DNA of 64,000 nt from a virus, in the IMG/VR virus record IMGVR_UViG_3300028833_000146, positions 9,322-73,321 of that record. The stretch is one strand, 5' to 3'. Shown in pieces: positions 37,762 through 47,495 of this stretch (position 1 is its first letter; every line of letters starts with the position of its first letter). The notes beneath the pieces were generated by a model that searched no databases, was not told the origin of the DNA, and saw nothing but the letters and a program-made list of their open reading frames with translations. The translations under genes were made by a program, and so were the position numbers.

Positions 37762-37933
37762 AAATATCAGCGCATTCTTTAAAATGACTAAATGACACAG
37801 GGTACGGATAACCGGACTCTTTAAGATCCTTAGTAATCTTTGCCCGAAAACAACTCTCTGGGCATTTTTCAGGATCGTAATCGAGACAATGACAAATATC
37901 AGAGTGATCCATTGTTCTCCTGCTCCTTTTCAA
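37736..37933 (-). CDS. Cys-rich small protein
   Basis: 65-aa ORF. Confidence 0.35.
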   Translation of the reverse strand: MKRSRRTMDHSDICHCLDYDPEKCPESCFRAKITKDLKESGYPYPVSFSHFKECADICERTDKND

Positions 37934-38495
37934 CCGATTCGATCATCCAGTTCAAATATACTCTAGCTTTCTTCAGATCTTCGAGACCATTCTTCTGCCG
38001 GAATCTCCAGACGTACTTCAGAACATTTCCCTTGCAGTAGTCCTGAAATCCATCAGGAGGCATGGAAGCTTCAATGGCCTTGATACACTCGATTCCGCCT
38101 TGAGTATAGTGGTTTGGATGATTGACCATATCTGGCTCAGATTCCTTTTCGACACTGTGAACCATACTGGTAACGTTATTAAGCAAATTTTTCATATGCT
38201 CCATATCACGTAGGTCATCGGCGCTTGGCCCATAAGCACAAGTTCCGTCAATATCTGGAACTATGCCGCAATGACCTTTGCGAGAACAATAATCACATAC
38301 ATAAGGCTCGCTCTTTGCCTCAGCATGCTCATTTACTCCGACATAGTCAATTGCTGGGATTGGTGCTGCATCTGTAATATAATCAGTACAATTTTCTACA
38401 AAACGATCTGGGTTTATCTGCGCACATCCATGCCCAAACAATGAGCACGTTCTACATGTGAGTGCTGATGTACTTACTGTTGTTGCTTGATCCAA
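37899..38495 (-). CDS. Cys-rich N-terminus plus DUF3310-like C-terminal domain
   Basis: TTG start after AGGAGG; C-terminus NHPNHYTQGGIECIKAIEASM...GNVLKYVWRFRQKNGLEDLKKARVYLNWMIE. Confidence 0.45.
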   Translation of the reverse strand: MDQATTVSTSALTCRTCSLFGHGCAQINPDRFVENCTDYITDAAPIPAIDYVGVNEHAEAKSEPYVCDYCSRKGHCGIVPDIDGTCAYGPSADDLRDMEHMKNLLNNVTSMVHSVEKESEPDMVNHPNHYTQGGIECIKAIEASMPPDGFQDYCKGNVLKYVWRFRQKNGLEDLKKARVYLNWMIESVEKEQENNGSL

Positions 38496-38514
38496 AATAT
38501 CATTCCTCCTTTTT

Positions 38515-41500
38515 TTAACTTACAAACCACTCAAAGTCACCGAATTTAGAAATATCAGTTACCGCGTCGTCTGCTAGGCGCTTGTAATAGCTTGTGTCAA
38601 CTTTATCCTGAAGATCTCTCAATCGTACGACTTCGGATTCTAGCCACCGGTAACCTTTCGTTCCAGCGACAGCACCTTTTTTATCCCCGTTTATTCTGAA
38701 TAATTCACCTGCACCATAACCAGCTAAAATAGGTGTAAACTGTCCAACACGTCCAACGAAAATATAATTATGCTCGTCTTCAGCAAGCCCTTCATTCATG
38801 TCCAAATATATGGCAGCATCACCTGCAACGGATTTTGTTTCGCAGTAGTCTTCAAACACAATTGGCTCGTGACTGAAGAGTGTCTTAAATACATACGGAA
38901 CTGCAAACTGAGTTCCAGTAGCAGTCCATCTGGTTGGTTCAGGATTTCCTTTTGCCGTGGCTTTTTTACAAGCTTTGACCCAATCTCCATCGTCTGTTGT
39001 TACTTTCGCGATATAAACAGCGTCATTTACGAGGCAGATCTTCTCGAACTTATGCTCGATCTCAAATCTGTAGCCGTATTTCTCTCCAAAGCCAAGAATA
39101 AATTTCTGAAGCTCAGGAGTAGGATCCACAACTTTGATCGAGTCTGTTTTACAATGGATCGGATGGCCTCCGCGGGCCTTAACCTCCTCCAGCAAATCGA
39201 CCATAAACAGTGCGCCACGCTTTGCAACAATATTATCTTTATTGCGCTTGTCTCTAAACGGACTCTGATAGCCGTCTCTCTCTATTTGAGCAGTCAGGCC
39301 GTAGACAGCGTTGATAGCTATTTTTTCAGCTGAGGAGATGCCTTTAGGATCAGCGCCCTGCTCTAAGAACGGAGCCAGTCTTCCTCCGAACAAAGTTTTT
39401 GCTTTTTCAAGATCTTCATGCTTAATGGCTAAACGTGACTGCAAAATATCATAAAAGTTGTGCGTGTATTTCCCAAATAAGTATTCTGTGCAAACACTAT
39501 TTGGGTGCTCTGATTCCACATCGAATGTTATTACGTTTGAGTACATTCCAGGCTCGGACCATACGAACCCACCTTCTCCTACATAGTGCCCTCTATAATA
39601 AGAGCGCTGATCCTTTGGTTTTGAAATATCAAACGTATACCCTTCGAAGTATGGAAGAACACTTTGAGCTTTTCCGTGCTTTTGTGCCATCATTTTAGGA
39701 TAGTTTGTTTCAAGAAATTCCCGCATCTCTTCCGGAATATCAGCAACTGGTTCTGCCAAATTACGGTAATAGAAAACTGATTGCGGAGATCTATTTGTGC
39801 CAAATATCAGTTTTGCTGTTAGACTATTCGTTGAATCGTTAGCAGTGCCGCCGGCAAGATCCGCTAGTATCCTTCTGGCAATAAAGTCGGACTCCAGATG
39901 CTCAAATACAGCTTCAGTTGCAAGAACATCGTTTACACAATAATCTGCAACGAGATCCCATTTATCTTCAGGAACAGGCTGATCCCATGGCAGACCCAAC
40001 TCTTGATGGTGAATGCCAAGAGATATTTCCCATTTTTTTAAGCTCTGTTTTTTAGCTGCAAAGTCATAAATATCCGTGTACGATATATTGTATGCAGCTC
40101 CGATTTTAGCGGCTCTCTCATTAGCAATTATAGCTTTTGAACGATTATAGAGGTCTAAGTTACTTTCTCCCAGTAGTCTTGCATACAGAATGTGATTATC
40201 ATAATCGCGATTATTAAAGCCAATTAATTTAAACTTAACAAGTTCTGAAATATCAGTAGGAGTTGGGTTAATTAGCTTCACGGGGTTTTTTCCCTTAGCT
40301 TTATACACAACTACAAATAAATTAGGAAACACCTCAACGTCGAAAAATATCAGTGTATCGAAATCGTATTTTTCAAAGTTTTCGCTGAGGATTTCCGATT
40401 TCCACTTCATCTTGTTTGTTAAATTCAAACAATAATCAGCGTTGTGTGTACTTCTGCCAGCAAAACTAATCACCGCAGCGGCCATATCCGAAACATCGTA
40501 TTCCAGATTATCTTCATGAGCTTTTTCGAGAGCTTTATAAATATAATCTATACTTGTTTTTGTAGCATGCGGAGGATACTCTTTCAGCAAATTGCGCTTA
40601 ATATAAGTTCGTATGGCTTTTTCGTTTTTAAACCCGTCGAAATTGATCATTTTTTTAGTAGCTTTTAATGGCAATCCCGAATCAATTGTTGCTATGGGCA
40701 GGTTATTGCATCTCGTTAATTTTCTTCTTAAAGAACTTTTGCCAGTAAATATCTTTATTTCGATAGAGTCATCATAGATCCTGCTTAAATTATTTACATC
40801 ACCGCTGTAAATATAATGAAGATGAATCCCCTCTCCAGATTTACTGCACTCTGCATAAGTCGCAGGCCATTTTGCAGCAGCTTCTGCATTTAATTCGAAC
40901 GATTTTTTCCCGTCAGAATCCTTGATGTCAAAATCGACTACAATATAATTTTGAAACTCTTCCGGAAACAATAGATAATGCTCTTTGGTTGTATCGAGAT
41001 CTTTAAGCCTAGTCTTAACTTTATCCCATGGTTTATATGGCGTTCCGTTTTCATTTGAATACTGGGCAGGCCATTCTTTACAAATATCATCTAAAATAGA
41101 CTTAGTTTCTGTCAAAGAAAGCATTTCGGTTTGAGGCCTTGGCTCGTTCACATAATCAAGCGTATTCATAAACTTGTCAGTTATAAACCCAGAATATAAG
41201 TTTCGTACCCTGCTACCTTTGTCGTCGGGATTTTTTCCCCTCTCCTCAAAATCTTTGAAATAGGACTTCAATTCTTCTTTAAATATCCGCATAGAATACG
41301 GAAACGCCACCCTTGCGTCATCGCAGTAGGTCTTATACATCTCGTACGCGGCTTTCAGCGTTGTAGAATCGTCACGTTTGAATACTTCATATGAATCCAA
41401 CACGAAATTGTAAAAGTCATTCGACGCTCCTATCATAGCTGTTGGAATATAATTATTATAGTAACCAGGATCTTCGTTATAGACATCGAGACAATGCTGC

Positions 41501-42474
41501 GCTATCCCTCCGAGCTCAAACTTAATTTTATTTGTAAGCTTGTCATATGTTTCGCGAGGTAATTTGTTACCTGTTGGTGATACATCGATAAGTCTACGTA
41601 TTATACCTGATTTAGAGTCTGTAATTCTAACCGGTTTATTTGTGCCCATGATAAGGAACGAGTTAAATCGCATTGGATAGGCCGATTTAAACTTTTCGTT
41701 CATTACCATCGTCTCGTGTGATACAATGCTATTTAGCCGTGTGTTATCTTCTATTTTAGATAAATCACCGTCGTGCTGAATTGCTACGAGAGGATTTGCT
41801 TTAAATGGCTCCATCGCGAAAGTATTATTCGGATTTCCTAGCGACTTTGCGTCAAATACACTCCAATATCCTTGAAAAAGAAGCTGAATAATATTAAGAA
41901 CAGTAGATTTACCTGTTTTCGGCGCACCGTACATAACTAGAAACTTCTGAATGTCTTTAGAATCCCCAGAAATAATCGCGCCTATAGCCCACTCGATTTT
42001 ATGCCGTTCGGTAGGAGAATATAATGTACTTATTAGTTCTTCCCACGCTGGAATCGGAGCACTGCCTATTGAATATGGTAATTTCATACTTGCATAATCG
42101 GTTTTTGTGACCTGCGTGTTCTGGAATATAAGTCTTTCGTCAAGAGAAACATAGTTATCCCATAATTGCTCCTTGACATATTGATGGAACTTATTAACCA
42201 TTTTCGTATCTCCATCCCACATATATGCTATATGCATTTTTCCACAATCTGGGTTTTGTTTCTTATATTCTTCAGCTCCGGCTTTAAGCTCCTTATCTAT
42301 CAAATATAATGCGACTTCTTCTTTTGTAGACCAAAGATTATTTTCTTCATCCCAAATAGCATAAAATTCATTGCCTCTAACCATTAGATCTTCACTGGAC
42401 TTAACAATGAACTTTGGATATATTTCCACTCCATTTTTCGTTATTTTTGAAGTGGCTTTCATAAAGTCAAGCAT
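38515..42474 (-). CDS. Replicative fusion protein: SF3 helicase, archaeo-eukaryotic primase (AEP) and family-B DNA polymerase with 3'-5' exonuclease
   Basis: 1319 aa; SF3 motifs GAPKTGKST / LVAIQHD / FLIMGTN; AEP motifs VVDFDIKDSDG and SGEGIHLHYIY; Exo I FFDVEVF, Exo II NNRDYDN, Exo III YCVNDV; Pol A ITFDVESEHPNS, Pol B KIAINAVYG, Pol C CKTDS. Confidence 0.75.
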   Translation of the reverse strand: MLDFMKATSKITKNGVEIYPKFIVKSSEDLMVRGNEFYAIWDEENNLWSTKEEVALYLIDKELKAGAEEYKKQNPDCGKMHIAYMWDGDTKMVNKFHQYVKEQLWDNYVSLDERLIFQNTQVTKTDYASMKLPYSIGSAPIPAWEELISTLYSPTERHKIEWAIGAIISGDSKDIQKFLVMYGAPKTGKSTVLNIIQLLFQGYWSVFDAKSLGNPNNTFAMEPFKANPLVAIQHDGDLSKIEDNTRLNSIVSHETMVMNEKFKSAYPMRFNSFLIMGTNKPVRITDSKSGIIRRLIDVSPTGNKLPRETYDKLTNKIKFELGGIAQHCLDVYNEDPGYYNNYIPTAMIGASNDFYNFVLDSYEVFKRDDSTTLKAAYEMYKTYCDDARVAFPYSMRIFKEELKSYFKDFEERGKNPDDKGSRVRNLYSGFITDKFMNTLDYVNEPRPQTEMLSLTETKSILDDICKEWPAQYSNENGTPYKPWDKVKTRLKDLDTTKEHYLLFPEEFQNYIVVDFDIKDSDGKKSFELNAEAAAKWPATYAECSKSGEGIHLHYIYSGDVNNLSRIYDDSIEIKIFTGKSSLRRKLTRCNNLPIATIDSGLPLKATKKMINFDGFKNEKAIRTYIKRNLLKEYPPHATKTSIDYIYKALEKAHEDNLEYDVSDMAAAVISFAGRSTHNADYCLNLTNKMKWKSEILSENFEKYDFDTLIFFDVEVFPNLFVVVYKAKGKNPVKLINPTPTDISELVKFKLIGFNNRDYDNHILYARLLGESNLDLYNRSKAIIANERAAKIGAAYNISYTDIYDFAAKKQSLKKWEISLGIHHQELGLPWDQPVPEDKWDLVADYCVNDVLATEAVFEHLESDFIARRILADLAGGTANDSTNSLTAKLIFGTNRSPQSVFYYRNLAEPVADIPEEMREFLETNYPKMMAQKHGKAQSVLPYFEGYTFDISKPKDQRSYYRGHYVGEGGFVWSEPGMYSNVITFDVESEHPNSVCTEYLFGKYTHNFYDILQSRLAIKHEDLEKAKTLFGGRLAPFLEQGADPKGISSAEKIAINAVYGLTAQIERDGYQSPFRDKRNKDNIVAKRGALFMVDLLEEVKARGGHPIHCKTDSIKVVDPTPELQKFILGFGEKYGYRFEIEHKFEKICLVNDAVYIAKVTTDDGDWVKACKKATAKGNPEPTRWTATGTQFAVPYVFKTLFSHEPIVFEDYCETKSVAGDAAIYLDMNEGLAEDEHNYIFVGRVGQFTPILAGYGAGELFRINGDKKGAVAGTKGYRWLESEVVRLRDLQDKVDTSYYKRLADDAVTDISKFGDFEWFVS

Positions 42475-42513
42475 TACATAACATTTCTCCTTTCGCCAAA
42501 ATATAATGGAGAA

Positions 42514-42696
42514 TTATTCTTTAGGAGTTTCCTCCTGCGTCTCGCCATTCCCAAGTACTTTTGAAATATAATAGGCAATAAATAAAGTAATAGCGGTCGC
42601 TGCAACTTTGCCGATATTATATCCGAAACCTTCTGCAAAACCATTTTTGAAAGATTCTCTAGTTTTCACTTTTGTCCCCTCCAACATAAATTTCAA
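42514..42696 (-). CDS. Small membrane protein
   Basis: 60-aa ORF with a TM helix. Confidence 0.35.
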   Translation of the reverse strand: MKFMLEGTKVKTRESFKNGFAEGFGYNIGKVAATAITLFIAYYISKVLGNGETQEETPKE

Positions 42697-42961
42697 TTAA
42701 ACTGTCAATATCATAATCTTCATACGCTTTCGGCCAATCTAGCCTATTTTTTTCTGCATCGGCCATGACAGCCATATAAGAAAGAACTCGCAGCATGTCT
42801 TCTTTCGGAGCTCCCAAATACTCCATTTGCTCTATAAGAAGATTACACGCCACGAGTTCTTTTGCTTTATTAATAATCACAAACGGTTTGTCTTCTGGCA
42901 AAATATACTTTTCTTTAACTTTTTCAAGTAGTTCTTTTAACTCGTTCGAAATCTTATCCAT
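42659..42961 (-). CDS. Hypothetical protein
   Basis: 100-aa ORF. Confidence 0.4.
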   Translation of the reverse strand: MDKISNELKELLEKVKEKYILPEDKPFVIINKAKELVACNLLIEQMEYLGAPKEDMLRVLSYMAVMADAEKNRLDWPKAYEDYDIDSLIEIYVGGDKSEN

Positions 42962-42974
42962 TATTCCTCCAGTA

Positions 42975-43526
42975 TTAATACGTCAGCTCGCTTAAATACC
43001 ATGTTAGTTGACACCATATCTCGACAATTCGCATGTCCTTCGAATCATCGTGAATACGGAACAAGCCACCATCGCCATCCTTTGCATATTTTCTATCGAG
43101 CATGGTATCTACTATTTCTTCAACTCGTTCTTCGTCAAAATTCTCATCAGTCATTTGATCCAAATGCATATTGGTGATCATTTCCCAGAACCATTTTCCT
43201 GTATTGTCTCCTACACTAGGGTCACCCATAATGTGATCTTCACATCTTCTTGCTAATGCCGCCATCATTTCGAGAACACTGCAAGGGCCTGTTAAATATA
43301 AATACACGTCACGGTAAGAATACTCAGATTCTACCGCCTGCTCAACGAATCTGAATCTAAGATCTAAGCCGTCTGATGCCCTATTATTATCATTAGGCAT
43401 GATTGGAATAAACTGCCTAAAATATAAATAGGACATCAGCTCTCTATAGTTACCGTGATAAGAACACCAACTGCAAGTAAGATCGACTAACCATGCGCAA
43501 TAGTCTTCCCTTATCTTGCTTTTCAA
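42975..43526 (-). CDS. Hypothetical protein
   Basis: 183-aa ORF. Confidence 0.45.
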   Translation of the reverse strand: MKSKIREDYCAWLVDLTCSWCSYHGNYRELMSYLYFRQFIPIMPNDNNRASDGLDLRFRFVEQAVESEYSYRDVYLYLTGPCSVLEMMAALARRCEDHIMGDPSVGDNTGKWFWEMITNMHLDQMTDENFDEERVEEIVDTMLDRKYAKDGDGGLFRIHDDSKDMRIVEIWCQLTWYLSELTY

Positions 43527-43535
43527 ATTTGCTCC

Positions 43536-44186
43536 TTATCCGAACATTATTTCATCATATGTTCTATCACTCTTTGTAATATCAATGTCAATGCCGAGCT
43601 CATCGTTTCTAATGAATATTTCATCTTTCTCCGTATGCTCAACATAGTCCATCATCGCTTTACCTATGTACTCTTCTATTTCCATTTCTGAGCCGTGAGT
43701 ATCCGCATAAGTGCCGTCTACATAATACACAATGTTAATAGGCGTATAATACGGCCGTTCATTCGGACTCGGCATACGTTTTAGAATATAAGGTTTCGTC
43801 ATATCAGTACCAGGTTCTACCAAAGTAGAATTATCTACTTCTGGCTCATCGGAATCAGTTTCTTCAAAATCTTCCCCCTGGAAATTTGAGTAATCAATTT
43901 TATGAGCATCTACTTCTATGTTCTTAATGGACGATTCATCCAGTTCTTGTTTTCGAGCCATATCAAGCGCTTTTGTGTAAATATCAAGAGAAGGCTTGTT
44001 CTTAGATGCCTCAGCTTTTTCTTTTGCAGACTCGCTGTAAGCTGCAAAAGCCTGACGGACAGACTCTAGCTCTTTTTCATACAAAGCCTTATGCTTATTA
44101 TCGAGTTTTTTGTTTAATACGGCAAATGTAATAACAGAACCGAGTGCAACTCCGATTGCAAATATAATAGGTTCCTTAACGTTCAT
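43536..44186 (-). CDS. Membrane-anchored acidic protein
   Basis: N-terminal TM helix. Confidence 0.45.
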   Translation of the reverse strand: MNVKEPIIFAIGVALGSVITFAVLNKKLDNKHKALYEKELESVRQAFAAYSESAKEKAEASKNKPSLDIYTKALDMARKQELDESSIKNIEVDAHKIDYSNFQGEDFEETDSDEPEVDNSTLVEPGTDMTKPYILKRMPSPNERPYYTPINIVYYVDGTYADTHGSEMEIEEYIGKAMMDYVEHTEKDEIFIRNDELGIDIDITKSDRTYDEIMFG

Positions 44187-44400
44187 CGCTCTTCTCCTTC
44201 AAATCGATGGTGCAGCCATGCACTACTTCATCAGGGCCAATAATAATGCCAAGTTTTGTGCACTTTGCCTTTTCCATATCGTCGAGAATACCATCCAAAC
44301 GAGCATCGATCTTACTGTATAGTTCTTTGAGGATCTCCAAATCCTCAGGATTATCTCTAGGTGTAAGCGCGGGGCACGTTGCTTTAACTTTAATACTCAT
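44176..44400 (-). CDS. Hypothetical protein
   Basis: 74-aa ORF. Confidence 0.4.
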   Translation of the reverse strand: MSIKVKATCPALTPRDNPEDLEILKELYSKIDARLDGILDDMEKAKCTKLGIIIGPDEVVHGCTIDLKEKSDER

Positions 44401-44414
44401 TCTCTAATTACCTC

Positions 44415-45485
44415 TCAATCATAAAATGACAAAATATTAGTCTGAACGTTGAAGTCCATAATGTAGCATTTGCGAAGTTCGTATTTGCAAGTATTCTCGT
44501 TGTATTCTTCATACATTACCGGAAACAGTTCAATACGAATTCCTTCATCTAAATATCGTTTTTCACCAGTGTGAGGATCCACAGCTACAAATCTCATCTC
44601 TCTTGTCTCAGGATCGATTTCGGCATGGTATCCCATGATTTGTCCAGCTGCAGTTCTCTTAAAGCCAAGCTCTTTGAGAATATCATTCAAGGCATAAGTG
44701 TGCCTGTAGCTGTATCTAATCTGTCTATTAAAGTATGTTTCCCAGTCTCGAACGAACTTGTTATTGTAAATATAATTTTCTTTAAGTGTCTTAGGATCAT
44801 ACTCGAATTCTTCTGTATGCTCGGCGTCAAATATCTGTGCATACATGGAGTGCTTAGCAAGTTCCTCACTAAGTACTTCCTGCTTAGTACGTCTGATCTT
44901 CGGTTTTCCTTCACGATCAAGTTTCGGCTCACCGTTCTTGTTTGTCTCTACTTCTTCGTATTCTCTTTCAGTAATACCATAATAGAGCTTTCGTTCCTCG
45001 TCATCTCCAACTTTGTCCCTGACACGATCACGGTATCCAGCAAGTGTGCTCGCATAAAGGCCACATGTTTCAATCGCATTAGACAGCCTATCGCTAATAA
45101 TGCCAACGCCTTTGCCGATTAAACCAAGCGAAACAATCTCTAATCCGACAGCCGGGCCTATAACTTTGCAAATTTTCAGGCCGCCATTAGCATAGGCTTC
45201 ACAAAGAAGAACCCAGCCTTTCTTGCCAGCTTCCTCGAGCTTTTCGCGATCTTTTGCTGTTTCTCTAGCTTCTGAAATATCATTCTTGACTTCTTCGATG
45301 GTTTCCTTAGTCTCTTTACCTGCTTTCCAGGCAAGGTACGCAGAAGCGACAGAGCCTATCATGCCAAGCGTTACATAAATAATAGGTTTTGACTGGTAGA
45401 GTTTATTTGTCGCCTTATTTACGAGGGCACTTTCGATGAGCTTGTTCTTAATACTCATAATATGTTTACTTCCTTTCAAGAGCAT
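44415..45485 (-). CDS. Two-TM membrane protein, family member A
   Basis: Two N-terminal TM helices plus a soluble domain ending ...ALNDILKELGF; paralogous to 46342, 47496 and 48371. Confidence 0.5.
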   Translation of the reverse strand: MLLKGSKHIMSIKNKLIESALVNKATNKLYQSKPIIYVTLGMIGSVASAYLAWKAGKETKETIEEVKNDISEARETAKDREKLEEAGKKGWVLLCEAYANGGLKICKVIGPAVGLEIVSLGLIGKGVGIISDRLSNAIETCGLYASTLAGYRDRVRDKVGDDEERKLYYGITEREYEEVETNKNGEPKLDREGKPKIRRTKQEVLSEELAKHSMYAQIFDAEHTEEFEYDPKTLKENYIYNNKFVRDWETYFNRQIRYSYRHTYALNDILKELGFKRTAAGQIMGYHAEIDPETREMRFVAVDPHTGEKRYLDEGIRIELFPVMYEEYNENTCKYELRKCYIMDFNVQTNILSFYD

Positions 45486-45486
45486 G

Positions 45487-45702
45487 TTACATTTGTGACA
45501 GAATATTCATCTGCCCTGGAATTTGTTTTTCTTGTTTTTTCATTCGGGGTTTATTTGTAGCTATTCTCCGTTTTGTATGCGATTTGTAGATGGCATAGAT
45601 CTGATTATCGGGCATGTCTATAATCTTCTGATTACGAATATAACCACGAGGATACATCGTCATCAATTTTTCACGCATATTAATGATTTCTTTATTTTTC
45701 AT
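45487..45702 (-). CDS. Small basic protein
   Basis: 71-aa ORF. Confidence 0.35.
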   Translation of the reverse strand: MKNKEIINMREKLMTMYPRGYIRNQKIIDMPDNQIYAIYKSHTKRRIATNKPRMKKQEKQIPGQMNILSQM

Positions 45703-45705
45703 ATA

Positions 45706-46323
45706 TTACCTATTGATAGGCTTAGCCTTTGGCAAATCGATTATATACTCGCCGTCGAAGTTGCGTTTGACCATCGCGCCGCTAAGATCGTTCCAACCGT
45801 AGTTATTACTTGTCCAGTTCGGTTGAGACATGTTTGAAAACTCATACATTTGCGCAACCGTAACATACGGATAAACTCGCAGATGTTCTTTCATAGCCAT
45901 CAAAACAAGCTCCGCATCTCCTTTAGATTCATATGAAAGATCATCGCATATAAACGCACTAGAAACACTTGGAGTAGGAGAATTTTGTTTCTTAGAAAAA
46001 CTGTTATAAGAAACCCTGTCGCCTATTCTTCTACTGCTAGTACTTGGCCGATAGTCTCCAAATATCATCATCTGGAAACTACTCTCAATTGTGCCGACGA
46101 TACCCTCTATAATATCGTAGAAGAGATCTTTAACTTTAGGGGCGATTATGTCGTTAATCACCCCATCACGAATATCACGGAAATCGTTTTGAATTAAAAA
46201 GCCCTTGACACCTTTTGGTGTTTGGGGCTTTGTTTTAGGAGTGCTAGTAATCACACTAGACACTTTCACGTCTTCATTGTTTTGTGCCGAAGGCATATCT
46301 ATGTTTGTCGGGTAATCGTTCAT
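45706..46323 (-). CDS. Hypothetical protein
   Basis: 205-aa ORF. Confidence 0.45.
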   Translation of the reverse strand: MNDYPTNIDMPSAQNNEDVKVSSVITSTPKTKPQTPKGVKGFLIQNDFRDIRDGVINDIIAPKVKDLFYDIIEGIVGTIESSFQMMIFGDYRPSTSSRRIGDRVSYNSFSKKQNSPTPSVSSAFICDDLSYESKGDAELVLMAMKEHLRVYPYVTVAQMYEFSNMSQPNWTSNNYGWNDLSGAMVKRNFDGEYIIDLPKAKPINR

Positions 46324-46341
46324 TTTTGTTTACGCCCTTTC

Positions 46342-47235
46342 TCATATGGAATACGGAATATAATTCGGTCCATTCCTAAATCGGATTACTTTATACGTAA
46401 ATCCTTGATCAGTAATGTTAATGTCGCCAGAGAACTGACAATATTCAACAAGCCCATCATTCACGTTAAATCCGAATTCTTCACCAAGTCCTGTCATGTC
46501 TAACCCAAGAATAGAATAATACTCGTTCAGTTTAACGTAACAATCATCGACACCGTAATAGCATCCTCTACCATAGCGAATATCATTGATTCTCATATTA
46601 AGTTCATTAAGGCACGAGTCTATGAACGCTGGACTTGCTTTGACCCATCTCTTTGTATAATAGTCCAAATATAACTGGGATCCTGTTCCAGTATCAAACA
46701 CGTTAGTGAGCCCATCTTCACTTCTATTTCGTGAAACATGCTGCTCTGCTGCTCGCTCCTCAATTTCATCGGCTTTCTCATCACCAAGAAGTTCTCTTGC
46801 TGCCGCTTTTGTGTCTTTGGAATCAGCGATATAATACGCGAGTGCTGTTGCCATCGACGACAGACGGTCCGTATTTTCTTTCTGAGCAAGAAGTAAAAAT
46901 ATAACACCGGCAGACTGAGCAAGAAGCGGAAGGATCCAATATTTGTACACTTCTGGAACTGCTTCTTTTACAGGAATCGGAGATGCAACAATTTCATCAT
47001 ACTTTTCCTGATCCTCATCGGATAAGTTTTCGTACTCCGACGGATCAGCGAGAATATCATTAAGTTTTTCCGCCTTCATGTCCGCCGTTTTGTTCATAGT
47101 TTTTACGGTTGCCATAACAGCCAACGCACTTCCGGTTATCATTAACACGATTCCGGTGCCAGTCATAATAGCAGGTCTGTTCTGAACAAATGAAGCTTTC
47201 ATAGAATTAAATGCGCTTTTTACATCAAATTTCAT
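46342..47235 (-). CDS. Two-TM membrane protein, family member B
   Basis: MKFDVKSAFNS... two TM helices; C-terminal LNEYYSILGLD. Confidence 0.5.
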   Translation of the reverse strand: MKFDVKSAFNSMKASFVQNRPAIMTGTGIVLMITGSALAVMATVKTMNKTADMKAEKLNDILADPSEYENLSDEDQEKYDEIVASPIPVKEAVPEVYKYWILPLLAQSAGVIFLLLAQKENTDRLSSMATALAYYIADSKDTKAAARELLGDEKADEIEERAAEQHVSRNRSEDGLTNVFDTGTGSQLYLDYYTKRWVKASPAFIDSCLNELNMRINDIRYGRGCYYGVDDCYVKLNEYYSILGLDMTGLGEEFGFNVNDGLVEYCQFSGDINITDQGFTYKVIRFRNGPNYIPYSI

Positions 47236-47247
47236 GCTTTTCTCCTT

Positions 47248-47281
47248 TTAAGATAAAAATATGGAGTCTGTAAAAGACTCC
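47248..47281 (-). terminator. Hairpin terminator with loop TGTAAAA
   Basis: GGAGTCTGTAAAAGACTCC followed by a T-rich run on the minus strand. Confidence 0.4.
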
Positions 47282-47287
47282 GATTTC

Positions 47288-47443
47288 TTAGTATTGGTTT
47301 CCCTCTTCAGTCGTTTCTACATCTTTCTTCTTTGCTTCGCGTATCGTCTTTACTGCTCCTGTTACGCCTGTATAAATCTGCGTAGCGCCGATAATCGCAG
47401 TAGCAATACACGCCGTCAAACCAACGATCATAGTTACTGACAT
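47288..47443 (-). CDS. Small membrane protein (51 aa), not in ORF track
   Basis: TAGGAGGTTTATATTTT-ATG 47443; MSVTMIVGLTACIATAIIGATQIYTGV... Confidence 0.4.
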   Translation of the reverse strand: MSVTMIVGLTACIATAIIGATQIYTGVTGAVKTIREAKKKDVETTEEGNQY

Positions 47444-47465
47444 AAAATATAAACCTCCTATAATG

Positions 47466-47495
47466 TTCTATTATGAACTCTGTAAAATTTACGAA
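47466..47495 (-). promoter_or_regulatory. Conserved phage promoter-like motif
   Basis: plus strand TTCTATTATGAACTCTGTAAAATTTACGAA. Confidence 0.5.

Noticed and set aside
38770-39333. 187-aa plus-strand ORF and other plus-strand ORFs inside the polymerase gene (39435..39698, 40444..40668)
   Set aside because: They lie antisense to a gene with unambiguous polymerase motifs and have no RBS.
44571-45122. 183-aa plus-strand ORF
   Set aside because: Antisense to the two-TM family gene 44415..45485; no RBS and a Leu/Phe-rich composition typical of reverse-frame artefacts.
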